Of a DNA stretch of 64,000 nt, positions 30,167 through 42,902 are shown one piece after another. A program made the position numbers and the translations under genes. Each line of letters begins with the position of its first letter. The stretch's first letter is position 1. The notes under the pieces were generated by a model. It was given only the letters and a program-made list of their open reading frames with translations, was not told where the DNA came from and made no database searches. Source of the stretch: Octopus vulgaris. Taxonomy: Eukaryota. The DNA is taken from assembly GCA_951406725.2 (NCBI GenBank), contig OX597819.1, forward strand, positions 75,640,001 through 75,704,000, read 5' to 3'.

Positions 30167-33100
30167 AAAGGGACCGGGTGGAGCCTCCCTTTCCTCGTGG
30201 GCTAATTAATGATATATCTAGTGATGGTGTTAAATAAAAAACACTAGTAATTGCGCAACCTGATAATCGCTACCTCATATGAGTGACAACGAAAAAATTG
30301 TGAATAGCGGTGGTAATGAAACTGAAACCAATGATGATGACAGTGTTACACCCGGTAGGCTCAGAGATTCTGGTCCGGCTCCAGCCTGTCGTTATCCAGA
30401 AAGGGATCACCACACACAGCGTAGATGGAGCAAGTAAATTAATGCTGTGGTCATGAAATGTTACTACCTGGGCAGCCCGGTAGATGAAAATGGTGCTCAA
30501 ATTAGGGGTTACTGACAACGTATGGTCATTGGAGAGAAAAGGGATTGTTTCAACTCACGGAACAGATACTATATCAAAATAGAGCAATAAGAAAAAATTG
30601 TTGGTTCACAGAAGTAGAGCTCGAAGCTATCAAAAGACGGGTCATGGTCATGGAAAATAGCAGCAGCGATAACAATGAAAATACACTTATTCCTTATTTT
30701 TATTTTTATTTTTGGAAATTTTACCGGTGAGTGTGTTAAATTATAAGGCACAAAAAGAAAATGACTTTCCCCAGACACAACAGAATATGCTTCAACACAC
30801 GAACTCACATAAAGAATCTTGCAAACCAAATCCAAAAGCGAAATGAAAATACAGTTCTTACTAATAAGAGTAATCCCATAACACAGGAAATGAGCAGTCG
30901 TAGTTTACTTGATGAGAGACATATAGATGATCTAAAAGAAGACAATAAAACTAATGGCGACATGACGGATGGTCAAAAGGCAATCTACGACAGTTTAAAG
31001 GTAAGACTACAGGAGAACGATAGCAACATTATTTCCAACCTTAAAAAGGTTGATCGATGGAAATTGAACCAAGAAACGAAAAATGTCAATGAGATTCTGA
31101 AATACATCAGAACAAACATCACAGAAACAAATAATTTGATCATGACAGCAAGAATTGTAGCAGAAAACGTGGGTGTTGATGTCAAGAAAAAGAAACATAA
31201 TGGGAATGAAAAGAGAAAAGATCCACGGTGGAAAGGAAGAATCCAGGCAGGGTTAGACATGCTCTCGAAGGAAATCTCTGTGTTAGACCGAAAAGAGAAA
31301 GGGGAGCTTAAAAGCAAACAAAAATACAGGGCGCTGAAAAGGAAGTATAATATTAACAGAAAGGACCCGAAAGTAGTAATGGAGGAACTGAAACAGCGCC
31401 TCGTTGCAAAGAAAGCAAAGATGGTAAGATACGACCAAAGAATGAAGGGTTACCACCAGAAAAAGTTATTCAGAGTAGATAAGAAGAGATTCTATAAAGA
31501 AATAAATAGAGAGTGTACAGATGAAAAGTTGATACCAGATAACACTGAAAGTCAAAGGTTTTGGAGTGACATCTAGAGCAAAGACAAGGAGCACAAGAAG
31601 GATGCTTGAATGGCTGCAAGAACTGAAACAAACAGTAGTCTGTCCAAAACAGGCAGAATTAGCCATTTCAATTAGAGAAGTGAAGGGAATCAGCAAAAAA
31701 AAAGAGCAACTGGAAGGTCCCGGGACCAGATGGAATTCAAGGCTACTGGATCAAAAAACTTGGTGAATGTCATGCACGAATAGTTATGCAACTCCAATAC
31801 CTTGTTAAATGCCGACCAAGTAACACTAGAGTGGTTGACATTGGGTAGGACCATGCTGTGCCTGAAAAACATCGAAAAAGGCAATATGGTCGACAATTAC
31901 AGGCCGATATCCTGTTTGCCATTTATGTGGAAGCTATTGACTGGAATACTCGCAGAGTCAATGTACGAACATCTGTAAAAATAATGGAGTCCTGCTACAT
32001 TAGCAGAAGGGTTGCAAGGGTAAGTGAAGAGGTACCAGGGATCAACTCCTGATAGACAAAACTGCACTTGGAGACTGCAAGAAGAGGAAAACTAACTTAG
32101 CCATGTCATGGATCGACTATCGTAAGGCGTACGGTAAGATCCTACATTCTTGGATTATGGAGTGTATGAACCTATTTGTTATTGCATAGAATGTTGAGCG
32201 GTGGCTTGGAAAAAGTATGGCGAATTAGAGGACGGACCTGACAGCATACGGAAGAAGCTTAGGGACAGTAGAAATTAGGAGGGGCATCTTTCAAGGAGAC
32301 TGCCTGTCCCCACTGATCTTTGTACTGAGTTTGATACCACTAACACTGATTCCGAGAAAAGCAAAAGCTGGGTATTTATTCAAAAGCCGCCAATAAAAAG
32401 TCAACCATTTGTTATTAATGGATGACCTCAAAGTTTATGGTAAAGATGAAGCCCAAGTCAGTTCCCTCTTTGATGCGGTGTATACTTTCAGTATTGATAT
32501 CAGAATGGCGTTCTGACTGAGAAAGTGTGGTGTATTAGTCTTGAACAGAGGCAAAATCAAATGTATGGTCGGGTTAACGATACCGTCGGGGGAGGCTATG
32601 AAGCAGATAGAACAGAGGGCTATAAATACTTGGGGATTTTGGAAGTGGGTAAATTGATGGAGAAAGAAATGACAGAAAAATTTAAGGTGGAGTATTTGCG
32701 CAGACTGAGACTCACCCTTAAGTCGAAATTAAATGGACGAAATAAGACCGAAGCTATCAACACTAGGGCAGTTTCATTCCTTAGATATGGTGCAGCGGTA
32801 CTCGCATGGACAGTAGACGAACAAAACAGCTTAGACAAAAAGACAAGGAAGTTGCTAACTAGATATGGGTCACTCCACCTAAAAAGTGACATAGACAGAC
32901 TGTATGTACCAAAAGAAAGAGGAAGAAGAGGACTTATTGGATGCGAACACAGCATTAGAGCAGAAGAAAACAACATAGCATGATATGTAAAAAATCCATA
33001 GAACCGCTATTATTAGAAGTAAGAAGGTCAGGCTTGTGTAGGATGGAAGATTGCAAAGATAAAGCACTATACAAGAAATTGAAAACGTATGAAACTGATA

Positions 33101-33905
33101 ATAGGTGGGTAAAGAAAAGAATGCATTGTCAATTTCATAGGGATTTTGAAGATAAAACAGACAGAGAAAAAAGATGGCTATGGATGACTAAAAGTGATTT
33201 AAAACCGGAAACGGAGACTTTAATCTGTGCTGCCCAAGAGCAAGCGCTAAGAACAAACTACATAAAATACAGTATAGACAACACAGCAGAAAGTGATAAA
33301 ACGGTGAAACCGCATGGTATATTATCAGCCAATGTACATCACTAGCCCAGAAAGAATATAAGAGACTCCACGACAATATAGCCAGGCTTGTCCATTGGAC
33401 ACTTGCAACAAGTATGGACTTGACAGAGCATAAAATTGGTACAACCACAAACCTGAAGGTATCATTGAAAATAGAAATGCAAAGATCCTATGGGATTTTA
33501 TAATTCAGTGGGACCATGAGACAGGGAATAGGAAGCCGGACATAGTCCTAATTGAGAAAGAAAGAAATGAAACTATGCTGGATCATAGGTATGCGATAAG
33601 GAAGAAAGAAAAGTCGAGAGATATGACAGGTTAGCTTGGGAAGTTAAGCAACTGTGGTCGATGAAAACGGTAGCAGTAGTACCAATAGTTGTCGGAGTCC
33701 TGGCAACAGTGAGCAAAAATCTCGAGAGGTACGTGGAACAAATAGGGGCTGCAATAAATGTAGATCACTTGCAGAAAACAGCACTGCGTGGAACCGCTCG
33801 AATACTCCGGAAAGTGCTCGAAAACTAAGAGGTGTCACTTTAGTTCACTGGTAGTGAACAGCTAACACTGTAGTTCATCTCCAGCGTTAGAAGCTGTGCA
33901 AAGGC

Positions 33906-33906
<1 letters not shown>
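30167..33906 (+). mobile_element. Near-full-length R4/Dong LINE family C (Myb-like N-terminus, RT, RLE), decayed
   Basis: ATG at 30279; [68 protein letters not shown]; ORF remnant ends 33828; TAA arrays both sides. Confidence 0.93.
30686..30841 (-). mobile_element. 156 bp retroposed insert with 12-bp target-site duplication inside the Dong ORF
   Basis: aatgaaaataca at 30674-30685 and 30842-30853; (AAAAAT)n-like tail on the minus strand. Confidence 0.7.
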
Positions 33907-33940
<34 letters not shown>

Positions 33941-33941
<1 letters not shown>

Positions 33942-34069
33942 CCTTTCAACTATAGACAAAAGGCCTAAAATTTTGTGAGTGGGGATAAGTCAAATGTATC
34001 GAACCCCAGTGGAATGAAAGGTAAAGTGGACCTCGCTGGAATTTAAACTCAGAACCTAAGGACGGACGA

Positions 34070-34071
<2 letters not shown>
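33941..34071 (-). mobile_element. Partial SINE family S1
   Basis: aatgaaaggtaaagtggacctcgctggaatttaaactcagaac; lies in TAA arrays. Confidence 0.7.
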
Positions 34072-34167
<96 letters not shown>

Positions 34168-34182
34168 TGACGACGACGACGA

Positions 34183-34218
<36 letters not shown>

Positions 34219-34667
34219 TGATGATGATGATAACGTACTTTATGATGATAACGTACTTATATATATATATAAATTTAACATTAAATTGAATAATTATTCA
34301 ATTAATATATGTTTATTAAAAGTTTACAGCGTTATTCACTGCATTGGAGAAGAGTATAACCTTTATTTTTCACAAAAGAAAACGTAACAGTCTTAGAAGG
34401 TCTAGTTCAGTATGTTCGTCAAATTGTTAAGTATCTTAGGGGTTACACGATTTTTATATATTTTTGTTCATCTTGTGCGTGAGATTTTGTATTTGCAATG
34501 TAGGTTTGGTCTAATGGTGCACTTGTATGTGATTTGATGAAACATAACTTGAGATTTTTTAATTAAATGGAAAGTAGATGGTGTGAGTAGAAAGTAGTAG
34601 AATAAGAATAGAGAAAGGAAAGAGAAAATAACGATGATGATGCTCTGTGTATATATATATATATACA

Positions 34668-35085
34668 TTCTTTTGTGTTTCAGTCATTTCAACTGTGACC
34701 ATACTGGAGCACTGATTTGCAGTGTTTTTTTTTCGAACAATTCAACCTTGTTTTTTTGTTTTCTTTTAAGCCTACTACTTATTCCATTGGTTTCTATTCC
34801 GAACTGCTAAGTTACGAAGACGTAAACACACCAACGGTTGTCAAGCGATGATGGGGACACAAGCACAGACACAAAGGTACACACACATATATCAACATAT
34901 ATATATGTATGTATATGTACGACGGGCTTCTTTCAGTTTCCGTCTACCAAATCCACTCACAAGCCTTTGGCCGGCCCGAGGCTATAGTAGGAGACATTTG
35001 GGCAAGGTGCCACGCAATGGAACTGAACTCGATACCATGCGTTTGGAGAGCAATCTTCCTACCACCCAGGCACGCCTGCGCCTAC
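34668..35085 (-). mobile_element. SINE family S2, full length
   Basis: Reverse complement colinear with 12308-12693. Confidence 0.85.
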
Positions 35086-35154
35086 ACGCGTAAATGATGT
35101 GTGTATATATATATATATATATATACATAAAAACATATATATGTACACACATAT

Positions 35155-35213
<59 letters not shown>

Positions 35214-35214
35214 T

Positions 35215-35259
<45 letters not shown>

Positions 35260-36080
35260 ATAGCAAATTAATGATTTCACTTTGAATTCTATCATATATC
35301 AACTTTCATATTATCGTTACAGATCCAATCCAGTTCACATTCTTCTTGTTCTTGGGGTTCGTAGAATCTGCAGTTCTTTTTCCCTTACCCGTCTTCCCCC
35401 CTCGTCCTTCTCTTCATCGTCGTCAACATTTTCATCTGCTTTTTCTTTGAATTCTTCCTCGTATTATACTTTATATTCTTTACCATTTGTTCGTTCATTA
35501 CCCTTTTTCTTTTTCGTTTTCTTCTTTGTCATTCTACCTTTTCTTGAAATTCTTTCTCCTTCTTCGTCTTCTTCAATTTCTTGATCTTCTTACTGTTGTT
35601 GCAGTTGTTGTTTGCCAACCTTATTTTAAGATTAGATTCTCCAATTTGGCAATATATGGCCCATTCACTAGTTTTCTGTGGCGACTCAATAGATTTCTCT
35701 GATATGCTTATCTAGGTCTTAAGTAAATACAGGGTGATGTACCAACAGATATGTGTGCGATGTATATTATATATGTGGAAACATACTATATATGTACGTG
35801 TCCATGTGTGCATTATTGAGTTAGCTTTTATGTACATTATGTTTATATACTTGTATGCAAAATATAAAAGTACACATAATATGTTTGTATATGCACATAT
35901 GTATGCATGCATGTATGTATATATTTGTGCTTGCGTATTGTGTAAGCGTCTGCATTTTTGCGCGTTTGTATTTGTATATGTATTTCTTCAAATATTTGTA
36001 TATATGCAAGGAAATGTAATCGAAGCAATCAATAAGAATTCAAAAGACAAACATTATATTATATTACACGTAATGTATGT

Positions 36081-36119
<39 letters not shown>

Positions 36120-37146
36120 TACATGTGTGTGTGTGTTTGTGTATACATATCTATATATATTTGTATATATGGTTAAATAAATGTATTAGTATATATATGT
36201 CTGTATTTTTGTGAATGTCTACATAGTTACATTTATGTCTCTGTGTGTATATGTATATGTGTGTATTCTTTGTACATACGAAAACCCAGAAAAGACAGAG
36301 AGTAAAGAAGACATCAGAGTAAATATAGGAACATGTCGAATTCAAGAAAGAAAACTATCGAAAATGTCGTTTTGAATGTACTTGTCTGGCAGATATCCAC
36401 GTGGGAACGGACGTCTCAACGTCACTTTCCCGCTTCCAACTAATATAGGTAATTAAATCAATGCCAAGTTATTTGACAGACAACAACAACAACAACAACA
36501 AAATAACAACAACAGCAAAAACAGCAGAAGCAACAAATACAACAACAATGACAATAAAGACCAAGCCAGGAATGTGACTCCACAATTTGGATCCTTCTTT
36601 AGGTAACCTCCTTTTTGAAGTGCTACTTTTTGTCATGTTATTTTATAATTATCACGACTGCTAAAGTACGTTATCATCATCATCGTAAAAAAAGCGCGAA
36701 AACATCTTATCTGCTCAGTGTTTCCACCCCCCACGCCATTGGAATCGTAGACGTGTTTCTGGGTTCTTTAGCTTTCTTCAGTGAGAGAAACCAAAAAGAG
36801 ATAACCTGGGGGAGATTATTAAAGCCCTAGTTTTATCTTAGAACAATCAATAACAGTGACTGACTTGCGCTCGCAGATCGCCCTGTCGAAACAAGTATAG
36901 TCGTAGCAGTCAGTAGCGGCACCATTACTGAAGTTAAACTAAAGAGCCCGAAACGCGTGTAGGAGTCGGATAGGAGAGAAAACACTGAGCAGATAAAGTG
37001 TTTTCACACTTTTTGCTATAACCGAAAACATTTTTCTCCATGCTAAAATGCAGTGGTTTTGCCTTTAGAAGTTAAAATTTCTTTCAAACATATTCGAACT
37101 AACTTAATGTGTGTGTGCGCGTGCGCGTGTGTATATGTGTGTGTGC

Positions 37147-37213
<67 letters not shown>

Positions 37214-37278
37214 TATTAATTAATTAATAATAAAATCCCAACAAAACAACGAGACCTCGATATTATGAAAATAGAGGA

Positions 37279-37323
<45 letters not shown>

Positions 37324-37410
37324 CAATATATAACAAAAAATCCAAGAAAATTCAAGAAATATTAATCATCAAAAATTCAGAAAATTTTTCTATATATATA
37401 TATATATATA

Positions 37411-37474
<64 letters not shown>

Positions 37475-37607
37475 AATATATGTATGTATGTATACATATT
37501 TGAAACAGAGCCGATGAAAATGCCCCGAAGCTTTTAGCACCGGCATGTTAGCTCCGGCATAATAGAACTCTGAGTTCTATTATGACGACTTACTGATTGT
37601 CCTCTAC

Positions 37608-37657
<50 letters not shown>

Positions 37658-37672
37658 CACACACGCGCACAC

Positions 37673-37724
<52 letters not shown>

Positions 37725-37726
<2 letters not shown>

Positions 37727-37894
37727 GTTAAAATTTATAAAAAAACAAAGACAGGTGTAGGAACAAGCAAGTCTATTAGTTTGATGCTCGGAAAAAATGG
37801 AAAAGTTTTTTTACGTTTCGAATCTACGCTCTTCAACAAAAAGAAATAAGAGGAAATAGCGAATGAAAAAAGAACCTGTTGGGTTCAGTGGTCC

Positions 37895-37898
<4 letters not shown>
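37725..37898 (-). mobile_element. Solo pLTR-like repeat with decayed minimal hammerhead (37808-37843)
   Basis: TTGTTGA-a-gagcgtagattc-GAAA-cg-TA; homologous to 11566-11700; TA-flanked. Confidence 0.55.
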
Positions 37899-37969
<71 letters not shown>

Positions 37970-38592
37970 TATACACACACACATATGTACGCATAGACAT
38001 GCAGAAAAACAGAGAAGAGAGAGTAACAAAGTTTTTTCTATGATATAAATATCAATTTGATCTATATTATGCAAGGAGAATGAGTAAGTGGTTTCTGATG
38101 AAGCAGTAAAAACGTCTGAAATTCGTTAAGTTAAGCTGAAATCTTTTTATCAGCACACGGAGAAAAATAGAGTGTTTCACGATAGTGTCTATTTTAGCAG
38201 TAAATCGAAAATGTGTTTTTACTGAAAACACATGGTGATACGCTTGTTTTTATTTCAATTATTAGTGCCACTGACAATTAATTACACTGTTGATGTAATT
38301 ACGTAATAAATCTAAGTTGTCAGCTCTTTTTTCCGTTTTAGATCAGATCAATATAGTTATGCACGTCCTTGCGTAAACTGAAAATAGACATAAGCTACTC
38401 TTCCCTCCGTGATCAGGAAAATGGGCAAACACATACTGTCATAGGAATGTATATAAAGGACAAAATTTAACTAGTCAGCCACAGTTGAAATCAATGAACA
38501 CAACTGTCACCGCCACAATATGAATCTGAAGATTGCAAGAAATGTATACTAAATGCAAGAAAGTATACTAGTTCAATAAGAACGGACACTTA

Positions 38593-38626
<34 letters not shown>

Positions 38627-38720
38627 GGTTAATCCAAACGGGAAAACAGAAAAAACAACAACACGTGGAACAATTACAGTATTATTATTATTAGGCGCTC
38701 AGGAAAATGGAAGAAGGAGG

Positions 38721-38755
38721 GTATGACGTTTCGAGCGGAGCTCTTCGTCGGAAAC
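38721..38755 (-). ncRNA. Minimal type I hammerhead motif in the PLE pLTR
   Basis: gttt-CCGACGA-a-gagc-tcc-gctc-GAAA-cg-TC-atac; stem III reduced to the palindrome acgt; followed by ttcctgagcg. Confidence 0.65.
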
Positions 38756-40478
38756 ATAAGAGAAGGAAGAAAGAAGAAAGAAAGATCCCGATGTGGGCGA
38801 ACAGAGGGAAAAAAACGCGACTGGTGTTTACGAAGTACACATGCTGAAAGACCGGAAGTTTTGGATAACAAGGGCAAAGTAGGTTTTTAAAGCCAAAAGA
38901 GTGGAGACAGGAAGGTTGGTAACAAAAATGATGTGTATGTATGTGTGAGTGTGTGCGTGTGCGTGTGTGTATGTGTGTGTGAGGCGAGATAAAAAAACAA
39001 AAAATATATGTATATGTTAGTGCGTGCGTCTGTATGTAAGTGTGTGTAGTAGGGCGAACAGTAGTTGACATAGCAAGTCTCAAGTGAGTGGTCAGTGGTA
39101 AAAAAAGGAGGAAGGAGGGAAGAAGGGAAGGAGGGAAAGGGTAGGGGCGTATGTAACGTGCCAGTGTGTGTGTTGAGTGGTAGTGTGTGTGTCCAGTGTG
39201 CGTAGTTGTATGTATGGCAAGTAAATTTGAAGTGTGTGTAAGTGTAATGTATATATATATGCAAATGTGTGTGTGTGAGTGGGTGTGTGTATGTGTGTGC
39301 GTGTGTGTACAAAAGGGGGGGGTATTAAGGAAAAAAAACAAAACTGCAGCTGAGGGAAAGATGGAAGAGTGGTCCCGCGGCGACAGGCGTGGGAGAACCC
39401 AAAGACACGCGCCAGCCCCAGATACGAACAGGAGATCTAGTCGGTACCCACGAGCGAGGTGCATGCATGCGTGTATGCGTGCGCGAACGCGCACAAGCGT
39501 GTATGTGCGCGCGCCTGCGAGTGTATGTGTAAGTGTGTGTGTGTGTGGATGTGTGAGTGTGTCTGTGTGTAGGTCTGGGTGTCAGTGTGTCCGATGAATG
39601 TATGTAAGTATGTGTGTGTATATGTGTGTGTATAGATGTATGTCCGTGTGTGTGTGTATGTGTATGAGTGTGTATGTATGTGTGTGTGTATGTGGAAGTG
39701 TGTGTATGTGCATGTGTGTGCGCGTACATGCAGGTGTGTGAGTGAGTGTGTGTGTGTGTATGTATGTGTGAGTGTGTATGTCTGTGTGTGTAGGATGCAT
39801 GTATGTGTATGGGTGTATGTATGTGTGTGTGTATGTATGTGTGTGTACGTGCGTGTGTGTGTGTATGCATGTATGCATGTATGCGTACTGCGCGTGTGCA
39901 TGCATGCATGCATGTGTGTGTGTGTGCATGTGTGTAGGTATATATGTATGTGCGTATATGTGTGTGTATGTGCGTACATGTGTGTGTGTGTATGCATGTG
40001 TGTGTATGTAGGTGTGTAGGCGTGTGTGTATAGGTGTATGTATGTAAGTATGTATGGGTGTGTCCGTGTATGTGTGTGTGTATGCATGTGTGTGTATGTA
40101 GGTGTGTAGGCGTGTGTGTATAGGTGTATGTATGTATGTATGTATGGGTGTGTCCGTGTATGTTTGTGTGTGTGTGTATGCATGTGTATGTAGGTGTGTG
40201 TGTACGTATGTAATATGTATGTATGCGTGTGTGTGCGTGTGTATGCGTGTGTGTGTGTATGTAGGTGCGTATGTATGTGTGTGGGAGTGTAGGTGTGTGT
40301 GTGCGTGTATGTGTGCGTGTGCGTGTATATGTTGGTGTGTGTGTATGTGAGTGTGAGTGTATGGGTGTTTGTCATGCATGTGTGTGCGCGTGCAGGCGAG
40401 TGTGTGTGTAAGTATGTGTGTGTGTATGTGTGAGTGTGTATGTGTGTGTGTATGTATGTGCGTATAGGAGTATGTGTA

Positions 40479-40515
<37 letters not shown>

Positions 40516-40546
40516 ATGTATGTGTGTGTGCATGTGTGTAAGTATA

Positions 40547-40579
<33 letters not shown>

Positions 40580-40890
40580 GTGTGTGTTTATGTATGTGTG
40601 TATGTATGTGTGTAGGCGTGTGTGAATAGGTGTATGTATGTATGGGTGTGTGTCTGTGTGTGTTTGTGTGTGTGTGTAGGTATGTGTGTATGTATGAGTG
40701 AAGGTATGGCTGTGTAGGTGTGTGTGTGTATGAATGTGTGTGTGTGTACAAGGGTAATGTATGTATGTAGGTGTGTGTGTGTGTGTATGTGTGCGTGTGC
40801 GTGTGTATGTGTGTGTGTGTATGCGTGTGAGTGTGAGTGTATGTAGGTGTGTGTGTGTGTGTATGTGTGCGTGTGTAGGTGTGTGTGTGT

Positions 40891-40955
<65 letters not shown>

Positions 40956-41646
40956 TGTGTGAGTAGGTGTGCGTGTATGTATGTGGGTAGGGATGCATGC
41001 GTGTGTGTGGGTATGTATGTATACATACGCACGCACACACCCGAAGCACGCCCACACACACGAAGCACGCTCACACACACAACACACAAACAATACAACG
41101 CAAGCCCATGGGGCCGACCACCCCCCCGCCCGCGCCAAGGCGTGCGCGCGCGGGGGCCCCGAACAACCCGCTCCACGGGAACCGAGGATCCATCAAACCA
41201 GAAAGGGGGTGCTGCCTGGGTGCAAATAGGTGTATGTGTGTGTGCATTCGTGTAAAGGTGTGCATGTGTGGGTATGTATGTATGTGTGTGTGCGTACATG
41301 TATGTGTGCATGTGTGTGTATGTATGTAAGTATAGGTGTGTGAAGTATGTATGTGCGATGTGTGTGTGTGTGTGTATGTATGTGCGTATGTATGTGTGTA
41401 TGTATGTATGTATGTCTGTGTGTGTGTGTGTGTAAGTATGTATGTGTGTGTGCATGTATGTATGTGTGTATGTATGTGCATGTTGGTTTGTATGTTAGTG
41501 TGTGCATGTATGTCTATAAGTATGTGTGATTAAATGTGTGAATGTATGTACGTAGATATGTATCAGTATGTGTGTGTGAACAGGCGTGTGGGATGTAGGT
41601 AGGTATGTGTGTGTGTGTGTGGGGGGTGTTTATCCGGAAAAAAACC

Positions 41647-42849
41647 TTAGGAGGAGGGGGCTGTGTTAAGTCCGTGTGGGGTAGTGGTTTGTAGGGTGAA
41701 GATGTAGCGTTGCTCCAAGTGGAGCCTAGAAAGTGGACGACCATTGTGGGGGGCGAGACCAAACACTGAGATGTCATCTAGGGAATGGCTGGCCGAGCGG
41801 AAGTGGCGTGCGACGGGAGAAAAAGAGTGTAGGCGAACGTCCCTCAAATGTTCTGTAAATCGGTCGGACAACCGGCGTCCCGTCTGTCCTACATACAGCA
41901 TCCCGCATAGGTTGCATTTAATGCAGTAAATGAGGCCAGACGAGGTGCACGTAAAAGAGTGCCTAATACGTACAGTTCGCCGGTTGGAGCCAGTGACAGC
42001 AGTGGTGTTGGTGATGAAGGGGCAAGTGTTGCAGCGGGATCTAGAGCAAGGGAATGATCCGTGTGGGGCTGAGGGGGAAGGAGAGAGGGTGCTGTGGACC
42101 AGGAGGTCACGTAGATTCCGGGCTCGTTTGAAGGAGGACAGGGGTGGGTTAGGGAAAATGGGGCGGGTTGTGGGATCAAGCTGGAGGCGACGGAAGGCAC
42201 GTAGTATCTTGCGACGAAGGGGTAGGGTAGAGGGGTGGAAAAGGAGGGGGAAGGGGGTGAGGTTGGGGGTGGGTGGGGGAAGGAGACAGGGCGGTGGTGC
42301 GGTCGATGCGACGGGCGCGGGTGAGGGCATTAGAGATGAGTATGGGTGGGTAACCTCGGAGTCTGAACAGGCGGGCCAGGTATTGAGATTGGGTCTCGAA
42401 ATCCTGGTCGCGGCTGCACAAACGTCGGAGGCGGAGGAACTGGGAGTAGGGGATGGCTCGTTTGGTGTGGAAGGGGTGGGAGGAGGAGAAGTTGAGATAG
42501 AGGTGGGAGTCCGTAGGTTTAAAGAAGGCGGTGGTGGTGAGAGAGTTGGAGGGGTGGTCGATTCGGAGAGAGATGTCAAGGAAGTTGACAGAGGTGTTGG
42601 AGATGGTGGAGGTGAATTGAAGAGAGGGGTGAAAGTTGGAAAGGAAAGAGATGAATTGGCAGAGAAGTTCACGGGAAAGGGAGGTGGCACCTATGCAGTC
42701 GTCTATATAGCGACCGTATAGTTCGGGGGTCGGCCCAGAGAACTGGGAGAATACTTGGGCCTCAATGTAGCCAAGAAAGAGATTGGCGAAATTGGGGCCC
42801 ATCCTAGTTCCCATCGCGACCCCGGACATCTGTTGGTACGTTTCCCCGG

Positions 42850-42851
<2 letters not shown>
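41647..42851 (-). pseudogene. Penelope RT (C-terminal half) + GIY-YIG endonuclease, one frameshift
   Basis: YQQMSGVAMGTRMGPNFANLF, RYIDD, FLDI, KPTDSHLYL; then FPCSRSRCNTC linker, LIYCIKC..LYVGQTGR.LSDRFTEH, VARHF, LEQRYI, GLN; frameshift near 42270 in a G/C run. Confidence 0.93.

Positions 42852-42900
<49 letters not shown>

Positions 42901-42902
<2 letters not shown>

Larger units (their letters stand above)
38627..42851 (-). mobile_element. Penelope-like element (Neptune-type), 5'-truncated, with long low-complexity 3' region and terminal pLTR
   Basis: RT/GIY-YIG ORF 42851-41647, CA-rich tract ~41620-38930, pLTR with minimal hammerhead ~38930-38627; (TA)n at both ends. Confidence 0.85.

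Noticed and set aside
39437-41455. 672 aa His/Thr-rich ORF
   Set aside because: Stop-poor reading of the CA-rich tract; overlapping frames are similarly open
41930-42721. 263 aa Gly-rich + strand ORF
   Set aside because: Antisense shadow of the Penelope ORF
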